Assembly (NCBI GenBank): GCA_026387175.1
Contig: JAPLME010000010.1
Span: 138,490 to 202,489, forward strand
Direction: 5' to 3'
DNA length: 64,000 nt
From: Candidatus Omnitrophota bacterium
GTDB taxonomy: Bacteria; Omnitrophota; Gorgyraeia; 2-01-FULL-45-10
Shown here: positions 47,336 to 57,070 of the stretch, piece by piece
Layout of the letters: each line of letters starts with the position of its first letter
Position numbering within the stretch: position 1 is the stretch's first letter
Made by a program: the position numbers and the translations under genes
Notes under the pieces: generated by a model
Told to the model about the DNA's origin: nothing
Seen by the model: the letters and a program-made list of their open reading frames with translations, nothing else
Database searches by the model: none

Positions 47336-49759
47336 ATGACTAGAAGACTCATTCATGTCATAGTAGCGCTTGCCGTAATACTGGCGGGAGCCGTGTCTTA
47401 CCTCGGCGTTATCACTTTGCCCGTAAAGATCAATACGACAGTCGTCGAAGAGCTGGAGAAGGTGACCGGCAAGAAGATCCTGATAGAGGCCATCCGGTTC
47501 AATCTATTTAAAGGGCTGGTCCTCGAGGACCTGGTGATATATGACCGGAATGAGATATTCGTATGGGCAAAGAGCGTATCCTGCGGAATACCGCTTTCGG
47601 GGCTGCTTGAAAATAGGGTAGCGATACCTGCGGTGATGATTGATTCGCCTGCCGTATATGTAGATAGAAGGCCCGACAGCTCTTTTAATATAAGGGAACT
47701 GATCCCGGCGGCCTATAAGCCGAGCGCGGCAACCGTGGTGGTCCTACAGAGGATAATAGTAAAGAACGCCCGCGTGATATTCGTCGATAGGACGCTCGAG
47801 CCGGCGTTCAAAGAACGCATCGACGACATATCGATGGATATAAGGCTGTCTTTACCGGATAAGGTGGCATTGAACCTTTCCTGCGATATCCCGCTCAAGT
47901 CTTCGGCATATTTTAAATTCTCCGGGGTCTACTATACTTCAAGCATGGAACTTGCCGGCCGCCTGGGCGTGAAGAATTTCAATCCAAACGAGTTTAAAGA
48001 TTATTACAGGGCCTCCGGCATCTCTTTCCCCAGGGGCTTTATAGACGCGGAAGGCGACTTACGCGTAAAAGATAACGCGGTAGAGCTCGATTTCGACGGC
48101 CGGATAGAGGGCCTCGGTATCAATAAGGAGAAATTAAATATAAAGCTCGATTCCCTTATAAAACTGATGGCGCGGTATGAGCTTAAAGATAAGACGTTCG
48201 AGTATGCGGGTAAGCTTGATGTGAGCCGTATGGACCTGTCGGGTGTCGAAGCGGTGGGTAAACTGGAAAATATAAAGGCCAACATCGAATTCAATGATTC
48301 CAGGTTATGGTCGGAAAACATAATCGCGGACGCTTACGGCATGAGATGGAAGGCCAGGGTGAATATCTTTAATTTCGCTTCTCCCATATTCGACATATAT
48401 GCCGATTCCGAAGCCCATCTGAGCGTTATCCAGAATATGCTCAAAGAGGAGTTCAACATAAAATTACCGACCGATATCGCCGGTAAAGCGGGTATCAAGC
48501 TTGCTATACAGATGCAGCCCGACAAGCCCCTGAAGATGAACGGATATGTCACTCTCGATGGCGCGACGGTCTCGCTCGGCGCAGGCAATTTTCCGATAGA
48601 GGGCGTCACCGGCGAGGCCCAGTTTAATCTGGACGGCGCGAAATGGTCCGGGATAAAACTGAGGTACCGCGAGGCCTCATATGTTTCGTCAGGCTCTCTT
48701 GTGAATTTCGCCGCGCCTAAAATAGATATCGAGGCATCTTCGCCAGACCTCTCCTTTAAGTCCGCTCTCTCCGTGAAGGGCCCGGCCGTTAAGATTTCCA
48801 GCCTGAAGGGCAGGTATTTCGGTTCGACATTTTCCGTATCCGGTGACGCCGTATTTCCGGACCGGAAGCCGATTAAAGCCGATATTAAAGGCGCGCTGAA
48901 ACTCGATCTCACGGACCTTAAGAAGATGATTAAGGACTTTGCGGAGTTCGAAAAGATAAAGCTTGCCGGGAAGATAACGGCGGAGTTCAACCTTAACGGG
49001 GATCCGGGAAGCCTGAAGGCCTGTAAGATCCGCGCCAGGATAAAGAGCCCGGACGTGTCTGTTTACGGGTTGAAATTTACAGGCATGGCCATCGACTATG
49101 CGCAAACCGGCGGCGCCGGGCAGATAAAATTCATAAAGTCTCTGTTATACGGCGGGAGCCTTTATGCGTCGGGCGGCATTGACTGGAAGGCCGGAGACTT
49201 GCCGTATTCTTTCAATATCGATATTAAAGATGTTAAGCTCGAGGATCTTAAGGCGGATACCGGATTTAAGGATAAAGATGTTTCCGGCGACATAACGGCT
49301 TTAGCGAAGCTGACCGGAGCGTTTAAGGATAGCGCGAAGTTCTCCGGAACCGGCAGGCTATCGATTAAGAACGGCAGGCTTTGGCAGTTGAATCTTTTTA
49401 AGGGCCTGGGAGCGATAATATTTTCAAGAGATTTCAGCGATATCGCTTTTACTGAAGGCTCGTGCGATATAAAAATAGCGCGAGAATTCTTCACGGTCAA
49501 TAATTTTGTGCTTAATAGCGATCTCCTTAACCTTTACGGCTCCGGCACCATAGGGTTTAATAAGTCTGTCGACGCTGTACTGAGGCCCGAGATCAGGGAA
49601 TCGGCGGTAGATTACGGAAGCGCGGGAGCGATCGCTGTGGCGGTGAGCAGTAACACCGTTGTCAAGATAACAGGCACCTTAGAAAAACCCGAATATAAGA
49701 CTCAGGCGAACCTGGCGGATGTGATGGGCGGAATAGCAAATGCCATGTTTAAGCGCTAG
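47336..49759 (+). CDS. AsmA-family outer-membrane biogenesis protein
   Basis: 807 aa. N-terminal TM anchor, then an extended beta-rich region with the AsmA_2-like C-terminus. Confidence 0.7.
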   Translation: MTRRLIHVIVALAVILAGAVSYLGVITLPVKINTTVVEELEKVTGKKILIEAIRFNLFKGLVLEDLVIYDRNEIFVWAKSVSCGIPLSGLLENRVAIPAVMIDSPAVYVDRRPDSSFNIRELIPAAYKPSAATVVVLQRIIVKNARVIFVDRTLEPAFKERIDDISMDIRLSLPDKVALNLSCDIPLKSSAYFKFSGVYYTSSMELAGRLGVKNFNPNEFKDYYRASGISFPRGFIDAEGDLRVKDNAVELDFDGRIEGLGINKEKLNIKLDSLIKLMARYELKDKTFEYAGKLDVSRMDLSGVEAVGKLENIKANIEFNDSRLWSENIIADAYGMRWKARVNIFNFASPIFDIYADSEAHLSVIQNMLKEEFNIKLPTDIAGKAGIKLAIQMQPDKPLKMNGYVTLDGATVSLGAGNFPIEGVTGEAQFNLDGAKWSGIKLRYREASYVSSGSLVNFAAPKIDIEASSPDLSFKSALSVKGPAVKISSLKGRYFGSTFSVSGDAVFPDRKPIKADIKGALKLDLTDLKKMIKDFAEFEKIKLAGKITAEFNLNGDPGSLKACKIRARIKSPDVSVYGLKFTGMAIDYAQTGGAGQIKFIKSLLYGGSLYASGGIDWKAGDLPYSFNIDIKDVKLEDLKADTGFKDKDVSGDITALAKLTGAFKDSAKFSGTGRLSIKNGRLWQLNLFKGLGAIIFSRDFSDIAFTEGSCDIKIAREFFTVNNFVLNSDLLNLYGSGTIGFNKSVDAVLRPEIRESAVDYGSAGAIAVAVSSNTVVKITGTLEKPEYKTQANLADVMGGIANAMFKR

Positions 49760-49804
49760 GCCCAGGATTATATTGCAAAAACGCCGCCTATAGGGTATAA
49801 AGTA

Positions 49805-50356
49805 ATGAAATATATGAGATATTTACAGATCGTGATAACGCTTTCAATATTGCTCGGGTCCGCAGTAATTACTTATATGGCGGAAGCCATCGGCGTCGGA
49901 TACGATGAATTCGATTACTGGGAAGGCACTAAGACTGTGAGGACCTGCAGGCGCTATGACAGCGACGGACATCTCAGAGAGAAGATATTTTACTGGAAGG
50001 ATGGAGTAACTCCCCAGCAGGATGAGAAGTATGATCTCGAGGGCAATGCCGTAGAGAAGGTCCACTACAATACCGCGGGAAAGATGCAGACCAATATCGA
50101 CGGATGGGCGGCCATGAGGGCCCGCTATAAAGATAAGAAGCCTATGGTCGAGAGTTTCTACGGTGAGGATGGCAAGATAGTGGCGCGTAAAATATATAAC
50201 GAGTCCGGCAGGATGATTGTGAGACAGATGATGGGGGATAAGGACTTTGACCCTTACGAACAGTTTGAGGCTCAGCCGATAATGGGCGAGAAGGTGCTTT
50301 ACTACGACAGGAGCGGACAGCTCAAGGGCGGCGCCGGCGGTCACGGGCGGGACTAA
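49805..50356 (+). CDS. Hypothetical exported protein with MORN-variant (YwqK-like) repeats
   Basis: N-terminal hydrophobic segment. Repeated Y..dG.........Y... units. Confidence 0.4.
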   Translation: MKYMRYLQIVITLSILLGSAVITYMAEAIGVGYDEFDYWEGTKTVRTCRRYDSDGHLREKIFYWKDGVTPQQDEKYDLEGNAVEKVHYNTAGKMQTNIDGWAAMRARYKDKKPMVESFYGEDGKIVARKIYNESGRMIVRQMMGDKDFDPYEQFEAQPIMGEKVLYYDRSGQLKGGAGGHGRD

Positions 50357-50368
50357 AGCGGATAATAT

Positions 50369-51673
50369 ATGGCATTGCAAAATATGTTCCGGACATTGCG
50401 TTACCGCAATTTTCGGATTTTTTTTATAGGGCAGAATGTATCGCTCATCGGCACATGGATGCAGCAGATCGCGATGAGCTGGCTCGTCTACAGGCTCACG
50501 AACTCCGCTCTGCTTCTGGGCGTCGTAGCGTTTTCGAGTCAGATACCCACTTTCATATTGAGCCCATTAGGCGGAGTAGCGGCTGACAGGTTCGACCGCC
50601 GCAAGCTTCTGATAATTACTCAAGGCCTTTCTGCGGTGCAGGCGTTTATCATGGCCGCGCTGACGCTCACAGGCGTTATCCATGTCTGGCATATAATAGC
50701 TTTGGGGGTAGCCCTGGGATGCATAAACTCATTCGACATACCGGCCAGGCAGTCCTTCCTGGTAGAGATGGTCGAGAAGAAGGAGAACCTCGGTAACGCG
50801 ATAGCCTTGAATTCACTTATGTTTAACGCCTCACGTTTAATAGGGCCGTCTATAGCGGGGCTCGTTATAGCGATTTTGCAGGAGGGGATTTGTTTCCTGT
50901 TAAACGGCGTAAGTTTCTTCGCGGTCCTGTGTTCGCTCTTTCTGATGCGTATTAGACCCCGGGAGTCTAGGACTAGGCGCATAGCTGTGATGGAGGAATT
51001 GAAAGAAGGTTTTAAATATACATTCGGTTTCGAGCCGATAAGGCTCATATTGATACTTCTCAGCGTGATAAGTATCATGGGCATGTCGTATGTGGTGCTG
51101 ATGCCTGTATTTGCCAAAGATATTTTAAGAGGCGGGCCCCAGACGCTGGGTTTCCTGATGGCCTCCGGAGGCATAGGCGCGGCCGCGGCGACGATATATC
51201 TGGCCTCCAGAAAAAGCATCGTTGGGCTCGGCAGGCTAATTCCGGTTTCCTCGATGGTATTTGCCGTAGGGGTTATACTATTTTCATTATCCCGCATACT
51301 CTGGGTATCCATGGCGGTGCTCGCCGTAAGCGGTTTTGGGATGATGGTGAATATGGCCGCGTGCAATACGATCCTGCAGACCGTCTCAGATGACGATAAA
51401 CGCGGCAGGGTGATGAGCTTCTACACGATGTCGTTTATGGGCATGGCTCCTATAGGCAGCCTTGCAGCCGGCGCTTTAGCCGGCAAGATAGGTGTGACCG
51501 GCACTCTGGTAATAGGGAGCACGATCTGCATAGCGGCGTCGATATTCTTCGCAAGTAAGCTGCCGGTGATCAAGAAACTCATCCATCCTATATACCGGAA
51601 GATAGGTATTATTCCCGAAATGGCCTCGGGCATAAATACCGCCTCGGAACTTATCGTAAGGTCGGAAGATTGA
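50369..51673 (+). CDS. MFS transporter (EntS/enterobactin-exporter-like)
   Basis: 434 aa, 12 TM helices. N-terminal FRIFFIGQNVSLIGTWMQ motif. Confidence 0.8.
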   Translation: MALQNMFRTLRYRNFRIFFIGQNVSLIGTWMQQIAMSWLVYRLTNSALLLGVVAFSSQIPTFILSPLGGVAADRFDRRKLLIITQGLSAVQAFIMAALTLTGVIHVWHIIALGVALGCINSFDIPARQSFLVEMVEKKENLGNAIALNSLMFNASRLIGPSIAGLVIAILQEGICFLLNGVSFFAVLCSLFLMRIRPRESRTRRIAVMEELKEGFKYTFGFEPIRLILILLSVISIMGMSYVVLMPVFAKDILRGGPQTLGFLMASGGIGAAAATIYLASRKSIVGLGRLIPVSSMVFAVGVILFSLSRILWVSMAVLAVSGFGMMVNMAACNTILQTVSDDDKRGRVMSFYTMSFMGMAPIGSLAAGALAGKIGVTGTLVIGSTICIAASIFFASKLPVIKKLIHPIYRKIGIIPEMASGINTASELIVRSED

Positions 51674-51734
51674 TATCGGCCAATGGTTGATTTCAATTGA
51701 TTTAACTAACATGGTGTGATATTTTAATTCTGCT

Positions 51735-53393
51735 ATGGCATATATAGTCTTCGCGCGTAAATACAGGCCCAGGAATTTTGAAGAGATAACCGGCCAATCC
51801 CACATAACTACCACATTAAAAAACGCTATAGAGCAGTCCAGGGTCGCCCACGCCTATTTGTTCGCGGGTCCCCGAGGCGTGGGCAAGACCACTACCGCCA
51901 GGATACTGGCGAAGGCCCTTAATTGCGAGAAAGGGCCCACCACGAAGCCGTGCAATAAATGCGCGTCATGCCAGGAGATAACGTCGGGTTCGAGCCTAGA
52001 CATATTAGAGATAGACGGCGCTTCAAACCGGGGCATCGACGAGATACGGAGCCTCAGGGAGAACGCTAAGTTCATGCCGTCCAAGGGCGCCTTCAAGATC
52101 TATATTATAGACGAGGTCCATATGCTCTCGAACGAGGCGTTTAACGCGCTTCTGAAGACGCTGGAGGAGCCTCCGCCGCATGTGAAGTTCATATTCGCGA
52201 CGACTCATGCCCATAAGGTGCCGCCCACGATACTTTCGAGATGCCAGAGATTTGACTTCAGGCGCATCCCTACCAAGGATATTCTCGCGAATTTAAAAAA
52301 GATAACGAAAGAAGAGAAACTCGCTGTAGACGATGAAGCTCTGGGCCTGATCGCTAAATACGGCGACGGCAGTATGCGTGACGCCCAGGTCATTCTGGAC
52401 CAGATAGCGTCGTTTACCAAAGAGAAGGTGGGCGCGAGCGATGTGACCAAAATACTGGGGGTAGTCGACGACGAGATATTATTCGCTCTCTCCGGAGCCA
52501 TCCATAACAAGGACCCGAAGACGGCTTTAAAAATAATAGACGGGCTTGTTAATGGCGGCAAAGACGTCATGCAGGCCGTAGTGGGGCTGATAGAGCATTT
52601 CCGGAACATATCGATCGCGAAAGTGGCGAAGGAGCTCGATTCGCTGATCGACGCCGGAAGCGATAAGATAGAGCGTTACCGGGAAGAATCCGCGAAATTC
52701 ACGATAGAAGAGATGCTGTACATAATATACACATTATCTAACGCGATAGATTTTATGCGCAAGACCGATATGGCGAGAATACCGTTTGAAGCCGCGCTAG
52801 TTAAGCTTACTCTGAACGGCGGCATCGTGCCGCTTGCCGATATAATGAAAAGAATAGAAGCTCTCGAAGGTAAAACCACGGCCCACCAGGCGAGTATAGA
52901 GAGTGCGCATGTTGAGCCCGAAACAGAAGAATCCCGTCCCCGGATCGTCCCGCGGCAATCAGGCAGCCTCGATGAGATATTGAGCTCCTGGATGAAGGTC
53001 ATAAGTTATATAAAAGCTAAAAAGATTTCGATCGCGTCATACCTTCAGGAAGGGGATCCGATAGCGCTTGAAGGTAATACGCTCACTATCGGTTTCGCCA
53101 AAGAATTTCAATTTCATAAAGAGGTGCTGGAGTCTTCCGACAATAAGAAAACTATCGAGACTGCCATAAAAGATATGCTCGGCCTGGAACTGAGAGTTCT
53201 CCTTATTGTAACGGAGCCGGTCACAACCAGGGATCGTTCCTCCAATGAAGGCGCCCGGAGCGCGGATGATTCAGGACCCGGAAATGAAACGGCGGGTGAA
53301 GCGGCAATCGAAGAGACCGACCCGATAGTGAAGAAGGCGATAGAGATGTTCGGCGGCAAACTGGCCGGCGCTAACGGCAGGGGAAAGGCCTGA
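51735..53393 (+). CDS. dnaX: DNA polymerase III subunit gamma/tau
   Basis: Walker A GPRGVGKTT, zinc module CNKCASCQEI, Walker B IIDEVHML, sensor motifs. Confidence 0.9.
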   Translation: MAYIVFARKYRPRNFEEITGQSHITTTLKNAIEQSRVAHAYLFAGPRGVGKTTTARILAKALNCEKGPTTKPCNKCASCQEITSGSSLDILEIDGASNRGIDEIRSLRENAKFMPSKGAFKIYIIDEVHMLSNEAFNALLKTLEEPPPHVKFIFATTHAHKVPPTILSRCQRFDFRRIPTKDILANLKKITKEEKLAVDDEALGLIAKYGDGSMRDAQVILDQIASFTKEKVGASDVTKILGVVDDEILFALSGAIHNKDPKTALKIIDGLVNGGKDVMQAVVGLIEHFRNISIAKVAKELDSLIDAGSDKIERYREESAKFTIEEMLYIIYTLSNAIDFMRKTDMARIPFEAALVKLTLNGGIVPLADIMKRIEALEGKTTAHQASIESAHVEPETEESRPRIVPRQSGSLDEILSSWMKVISYIKAKKISIASYLQEGDPIALEGNTLTIGFAKEFQFHKEVLESSDNKKTIETAIKDMLGLELRVLLIVTEPVTTRDRSSNEGARSADDSGPGNETAGEAAIEETDPIVKKAIEMFGGKLAGANGRGKA

Positions 53394-53998
53394 TGAGCGG
53401 TTTCCCTGTTTCGATGCGTTCCCTGATAGAAGAGCTGTCCAAGATGCCGGGCATCGGGCCGAAGAGCGCCCAGCGCCTGGCTTTCTACATATTAAGATCT
53501 TCGAAAGAAGACGCCGCCGCGTTATCCGGCGCTATATTAAAGGTAAAGGACTCGGTAAGGTTTTGCAGGATCTGCAATAATCTAAGCGATGAGGAGATCT
53601 GCGAGATATGTAAGAGCAGCTCGCGGAATAAGGCGCTTTTATGCATAGTGGAAGAGCCCAATGATATCGTTACCATAGAGCGCGCGGGAGATTTTAACGG
53701 AGTTTATCATGTGCTATTGGGCTCGTTGTCGCCGCTAGATGGCATAGGCCCCTCCGACCTTAAAATAAAAGAGCTTTTGGACAGGGTAAAGAAAGAGAAG
53801 TTCAAAGAGATAATAATAGCTACTGATTTCAATACAGAGGGCGAGGCCACGGCCCTCTATCTGATAAAAGCGTTGAAAGGTTCAGGCGCCAGTATCACCA
53901 GGGTAGCCTATGGCATCCCTGTCGGCGGTGACCTGCAATACGCGGACCAGGCTACGATAATAAAGGCATTTGAGGGCCGCCGCGAGATCAAGGTATAA
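53393..53998 (+). CDS. recR: Recombination protein RecR
   Basis: HhH (LPGIGPKSAQRLAF), C4 zinc finger (CRICNN...CEIC), Toprim domain. ATGA overlap with dnaX; no ybaB between them. Confidence 0.9.
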   Translation: MSGFPVSMRSLIEELSKMPGIGPKSAQRLAFYILRSSKEDAAALSGAILKVKDSVRFCRICNNLSDEEICEICKSSSRNKALLCIVEEPNDIVTIERAGDFNGVYHVLLGSLSPLDGIGPSDLKIKELLDRVKKEKFKEIIIATDFNTEGEATALYLIKALKGSGASITRVAYGIPVGGDLQYADQATIIKAFEGRREIKV

Positions 53999-54005
53999 AT
54001 AGCAG

Positions 54006-54034
54006 TTGACTTCCGAAACTTTATTTGGTATATT
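54006..54034 (+). promoter_or_regulatory. Sigma70-like promoter
   Basis: TTGACT-17 nt-TATATT. Confidence 0.55.
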
Positions 54035-54052
54035 CTTAAAGCTTGTCTAAAA

Positions 54053-54158
54053 GGCCGATGTCAGAGACATCGGCACCTGGCTTGTAATACGGCTGAATAA
54101 ACTTGGCCGATATCAGAGATATCGGCACTTAGCCTACAATAGGGCTGAATAAACTTGG
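54053..54158 (+). repeat. Two tandem 53-nt repeats, each with a 9-bp-stem hairpin, in the 5-prime UTR
   Basis: Unit 1 is 54053-54105 (GCCGATGTC-aga-GACATCGGC...GGCTGAATAAACTTG). Unit 2 is 54106-54158 (GCCGATATC-aga-GATATCGGC...GGCTGAATAAACTTGG). Stem differences are compensatory (G-C to A-T). Unit 2 ends at the GGAGGG RBS. Confidence 0.8.
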
Positions 54159-54167
54159 AGGGTCATT

Positions 54168-54965
54168 ATGGGTATTATGGAAGCAATTAAGAAGGGTTTT
54201 GGTGTCGCATCCAAGGGATTGAGCCTGATAGTAGCGTTATTTGTCTTTAATTTTGTAAGTAATCTGGTAACTCTGCCGTTTACGCCCGCACCCGGCGCGA
54301 CAGCGGCGCCTCAAGCTGCCCTGCCTCTTTTAGCGATCAGTTTAATATTTATCATCATCAGCATATTTATCCAGGGAGGCGCTCTTGGCCTTATCAGAGA
54401 TATTATAAAGGAAGGCAAGATAAAGCTGGCTGCCATGGCTCAGTATGGAACCAAATATTTCATTCGTCTTCTTCTCCTTGGGGCTATAATATTGCTATTT
54501 GTAATAATAGTAGCATTGATAGCAGGGATTATTATAGCTGTTACCGCTCCGCTGAATAACGCGGTAATAACCGCAGTAGCGATAGTGGTGGCGATAGGGA
54601 TCGCCGTTGTAACGGCTTTATACTTCTTCATTCCGTTCATTCTTTCGCCGTACGCTGTCGTCTGCGATGATACCGGCGTGATAGAGGCGCTAAAGAAGAG
54701 CATCGCGATAGGCAGGACGCCATTCTCAAGAGTTTTCGCGCTATTGGCCCTGACGGTAGTATTGGTCCTGATCGCGCTGGGTGTAGGATTCCTTGTAGGA
54801 CTGGTGGTCGGATTGATATCGGCGGCGCTTCCCGTGATGGCTGGAAGGATATTGATGATATTAGTATCAAGCATTATAAATAGTTATCTTGGCGTTGTGG
54901 CTACAGCGGCTTTTATGCTGTATTATCTTTCTAAAAAAGAAAGCATTCCTCAAGGCATTAAATAG
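54168..54965 (+). CDS. Hypothetical multi-pass membrane protein
   Basis: 265 aa, 6-7 hydrophobic helices, Ala/Ile/Val-rich. Confidence 0.55.
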   Translation: MGIMEAIKKGFGVASKGLSLIVALFVFNFVSNLVTLPFTPAPGATAAPQAALPLLAISLIFIIISIFIQGGALGLIRDIIKEGKIKLAAMAQYGTKYFIRLLLLGAIILLFVIIVALIAGIIIAVTAPLNNAVITAVAIVVAIGIAVVTALYFFIPFILSPYAVVCDDTGVIEALKKSIAIGRTPFSRVFALLALTVVLVLIALGVGFLVGLVVGLISAALPVMAGRILMILVSSIINSYLGVVATAAFMLYYLSKKESIPQGIK

Positions 54966-54970
54966 TAAAG

Positions 54971-55549
54971 ATGAAAGATCTTATAGAAATTCGCTGGCAT
55001 GGTAGGGGCGGCCAGGGGGCAAAAACGGCCGCCCTCTTGCTTGCCGACGCGGCTCTCGCGTCAGGCAAATATATACAGGCTTTTCCAGAGTATGGCCCCG
55101 AAAGGATGGGGGCTCCTGTGGCCTCATTTAACAGGATCTCATCCGAGCCGATACGTCTGCACTCCGGCGTCACTAATCCGGACATCGTAATAGTGCTCGA
55201 TCCCACGCTTATGGACAGCGTCGATGTCACGGAAGGTATGCCATCCGATGGAACCCTGCTTGTGAATATCGATAAATCCCCGGCTGAAGTCAAGAGCTTC
55301 TTCGATATCGCTTCCGGAATAAAGATATGCACGGTAGACGCTTCCGGTATCTCCACGGATACCATAGGAAGGGATATCCCGAACACCCCTATGCTGGGCG
55401 CGCTTGTGAAGGCGACCGGCATTTTGGATTTTAAAGAGATGATCGCGGACACGAAGAAGAAGCTCGAGAAAAAGTTCAGGACGAAGCCCGAGGTCATAGA
55501 TGGAAACTTAAAGGCGATAGAACGCGCTTATAACGAGGTTAAGATATAA
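54971..55549 (+). CDS. porG: Pyruvate/2-oxoacid:ferredoxin oxidoreductase gamma subunit
   Basis: IRWHGRGGQGAKTAALLLA motif. Confidence 0.85.
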   Translation: MKDLIEIRWHGRGGQGAKTAALLLADAALASGKYIQAFPEYGPERMGAPVASFNRISSEPIRLHSGVTNPDIVIVLDPTLMDSVDVTEGMPSDGTLLVNIDKSPAEVKSFFDIASGIKICTVDASGISTDTIGRDIPNTPMLGALVKATGILDFKEMIADTKKKLEKKFRTKPEVIDGNLKAIERAYNEVKI

Positions 55550-55876
55550 ATGGCGACACAGAAGAAAGTTAAAAAACCCGGCTGGAAAGAGCTTCCCGAA
55601 GGGGACCTTATAATAGGAGGAGGCACCGCTTTCGAATTCAAGACGGGCGATTGGAGATCCAGGAGGCCCGTATTCCTGAAAGATAAGTGCATACACTGCC
55701 TCACCTGCTGGGCCTATTGCCCGGATTCGGCGATAATCACGGCCGACGGCAAAGTCGTGGGATACGATTATGAGCATTGTAAGGGCTGCGGCATCTGTTA
55801 TCATGAGTGCCCTGTGAAGGGTAAGGCGATAATGATGGTGAGCGAAAAAGAAGCCAAGGCAAAAGAGAAAAAATAA
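55550..55876 (+). CDS. porD: POR delta subunit (2x[4Fe-4S] ferredoxin)
   Basis: CIHCLTCWAYCP and CKGCGICYHECP cluster motifs. Confidence 0.85.
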   Translation: MATQKKVKKPGWKELPEGDLIIGGGTAFEFKTGDWRSRRPVFLKDKCIHCLTCWAYCPDSAIITADGKVVGYDYEHCKGCGICYHECPVKGKAIMMVSEKEAKAKEKK

Positions 55877-55878
55877 TC

Positions 55879-57069
55879 ATGGCAAATTCCAATATAGTGG
55901 CGAGGACCGGCAATGAGGCGATGGCGGAAGCCATGCGCCAGATCAATCCCGATGTAGTAGCGGCATATCCGATAACGCCGGCCACCGAGGTCGTCCAGAT
56001 ATTCGCCGGCTATGTGGCGGACGGCCTGGTCGATACGGAGTTCGTCCCGGTCGAGAGCGAGCACTCGGCGATGTCGGCTTGCATAGGATCCTCTTCCGCA
56101 GGCGGCAGAACGATGACGGGTACCTCGAGCCAGGGCCTGGCGTTGATGGCGGAGATGTTGTATATAGCGGCGGGATTGAGGCTTCCTATAATCATGGCTG
56201 ATGTCAACAGGGCCCTTTCGAGCCCCATCAATATACATTGCGACCACTCCGATACGATGATGGTGAGGGATTCAGGCTGGATCCAGATATTCTCGGAAAA
56301 CTGCCAGGAGGCTTACGATAACATGCTCCAGGCCGTAAGGATTGCGGAGAAAGCCAGGCTGCCGGTGATGGTCACGACCGACGGATTTATCATAAGCCAC
56401 GGCATGGAGAGGCTGGAGATATTGTCCGATGCCGACGCCAAGTCGTTCGTAGGCGCGTATAAGCCGGAAAATTACCTTTTGAATTTCGAAAAGCTGATCA
56501 CGGTGGGCGCTCTCGACCTTCAGGACTATTATTTTGAGCATAGGAGACAGCTTGCCGAAGCGATGAAGACTTCCAAGCAAGTGATACTCGATGTAGCTAA
56601 AGAGTTCGGAACGAAGTTCGGTCGCACATACGGGTTATTCGAGCAATATAAGATGGACGGCGCCGAGATCGCTATAGTCGCCATGGGTTCCACCGCCGGG
56701 ACAGCGAAGGTTGTGATAGACGGATTGAGGAGCAAGGGCCTGAAAGCGGGGCTCATAAAGCCCAGAGTATTCAGGCCGTTCCCGAAGGAAGAGCTGGCGG
56801 ACTCGCTTAAAGGCCTGAAAGCGGTGGCCGTAATGGACAGGTCGGACGCGATGAATGCCCAGGAAGGCCCGCTCGCTGTCGAAGTAAAGGCGGCGTTATT
56901 CGACGCTTCGGCTTCATCCGGAGCCAATAAGACGGTGCTCGATTACATATACGGCCTCGGAGGCCGTGAAATAAAACCCGAGGACATAGAGCATGTATAT
57001 AACGACCTTAGCGAAGCGGCGAAGGGCAAGGCAAAACAGAAAGTAACGTACCTGGGCGTAAGGGAATAA
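55879..57069 (+). CDS. porA: POR alpha subunit
   Basis: 396 aa, typical N-terminal region of the POR alpha subunit. Confidence 0.85.
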   Translation: MANSNIVARTGNEAMAEAMRQINPDVVAAYPITPATEVVQIFAGYVADGLVDTEFVPVESEHSAMSACIGSSSAGGRTMTGTSSQGLALMAEMLYIAAGLRLPIIMADVNRALSSPINIHCDHSDTMMVRDSGWIQIFSENCQEAYDNMLQAVRIAEKARLPVMVTTDGFIISHGMERLEILSDADAKSFVGAYKPENYLLNFEKLITVGALDLQDYYFEHRRQLAEAMKTSKQVILDVAKEFGTKFGRTYGLFEQYKMDGAEIAIVAMGSTAGTAKVVIDGLRSKGLKAGLIKPRVFRPFPKEELADSLKGLKAVAVMDRSDAMNAQEGPLAVEVKAALFDASASSGANKTVLDYIYGLGGREIKPEDIEHVYNDLSEAAKGKAKQKVTYLGVRE

Positions 57070-57070
57070 T

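Noticed and set aside
52295-52301. In-frame A-AAA-AAG heptamer in dnaX, identical to the E. coli programmed -1 frameshift site
   Set aside because: It lies at codon 188 inside the AAA+ module rather than after domain III. The -1 frame stops after about 12 codons, so it would not yield a functional gamma subunit. Probably a coincidence of Lys-Lys codons.
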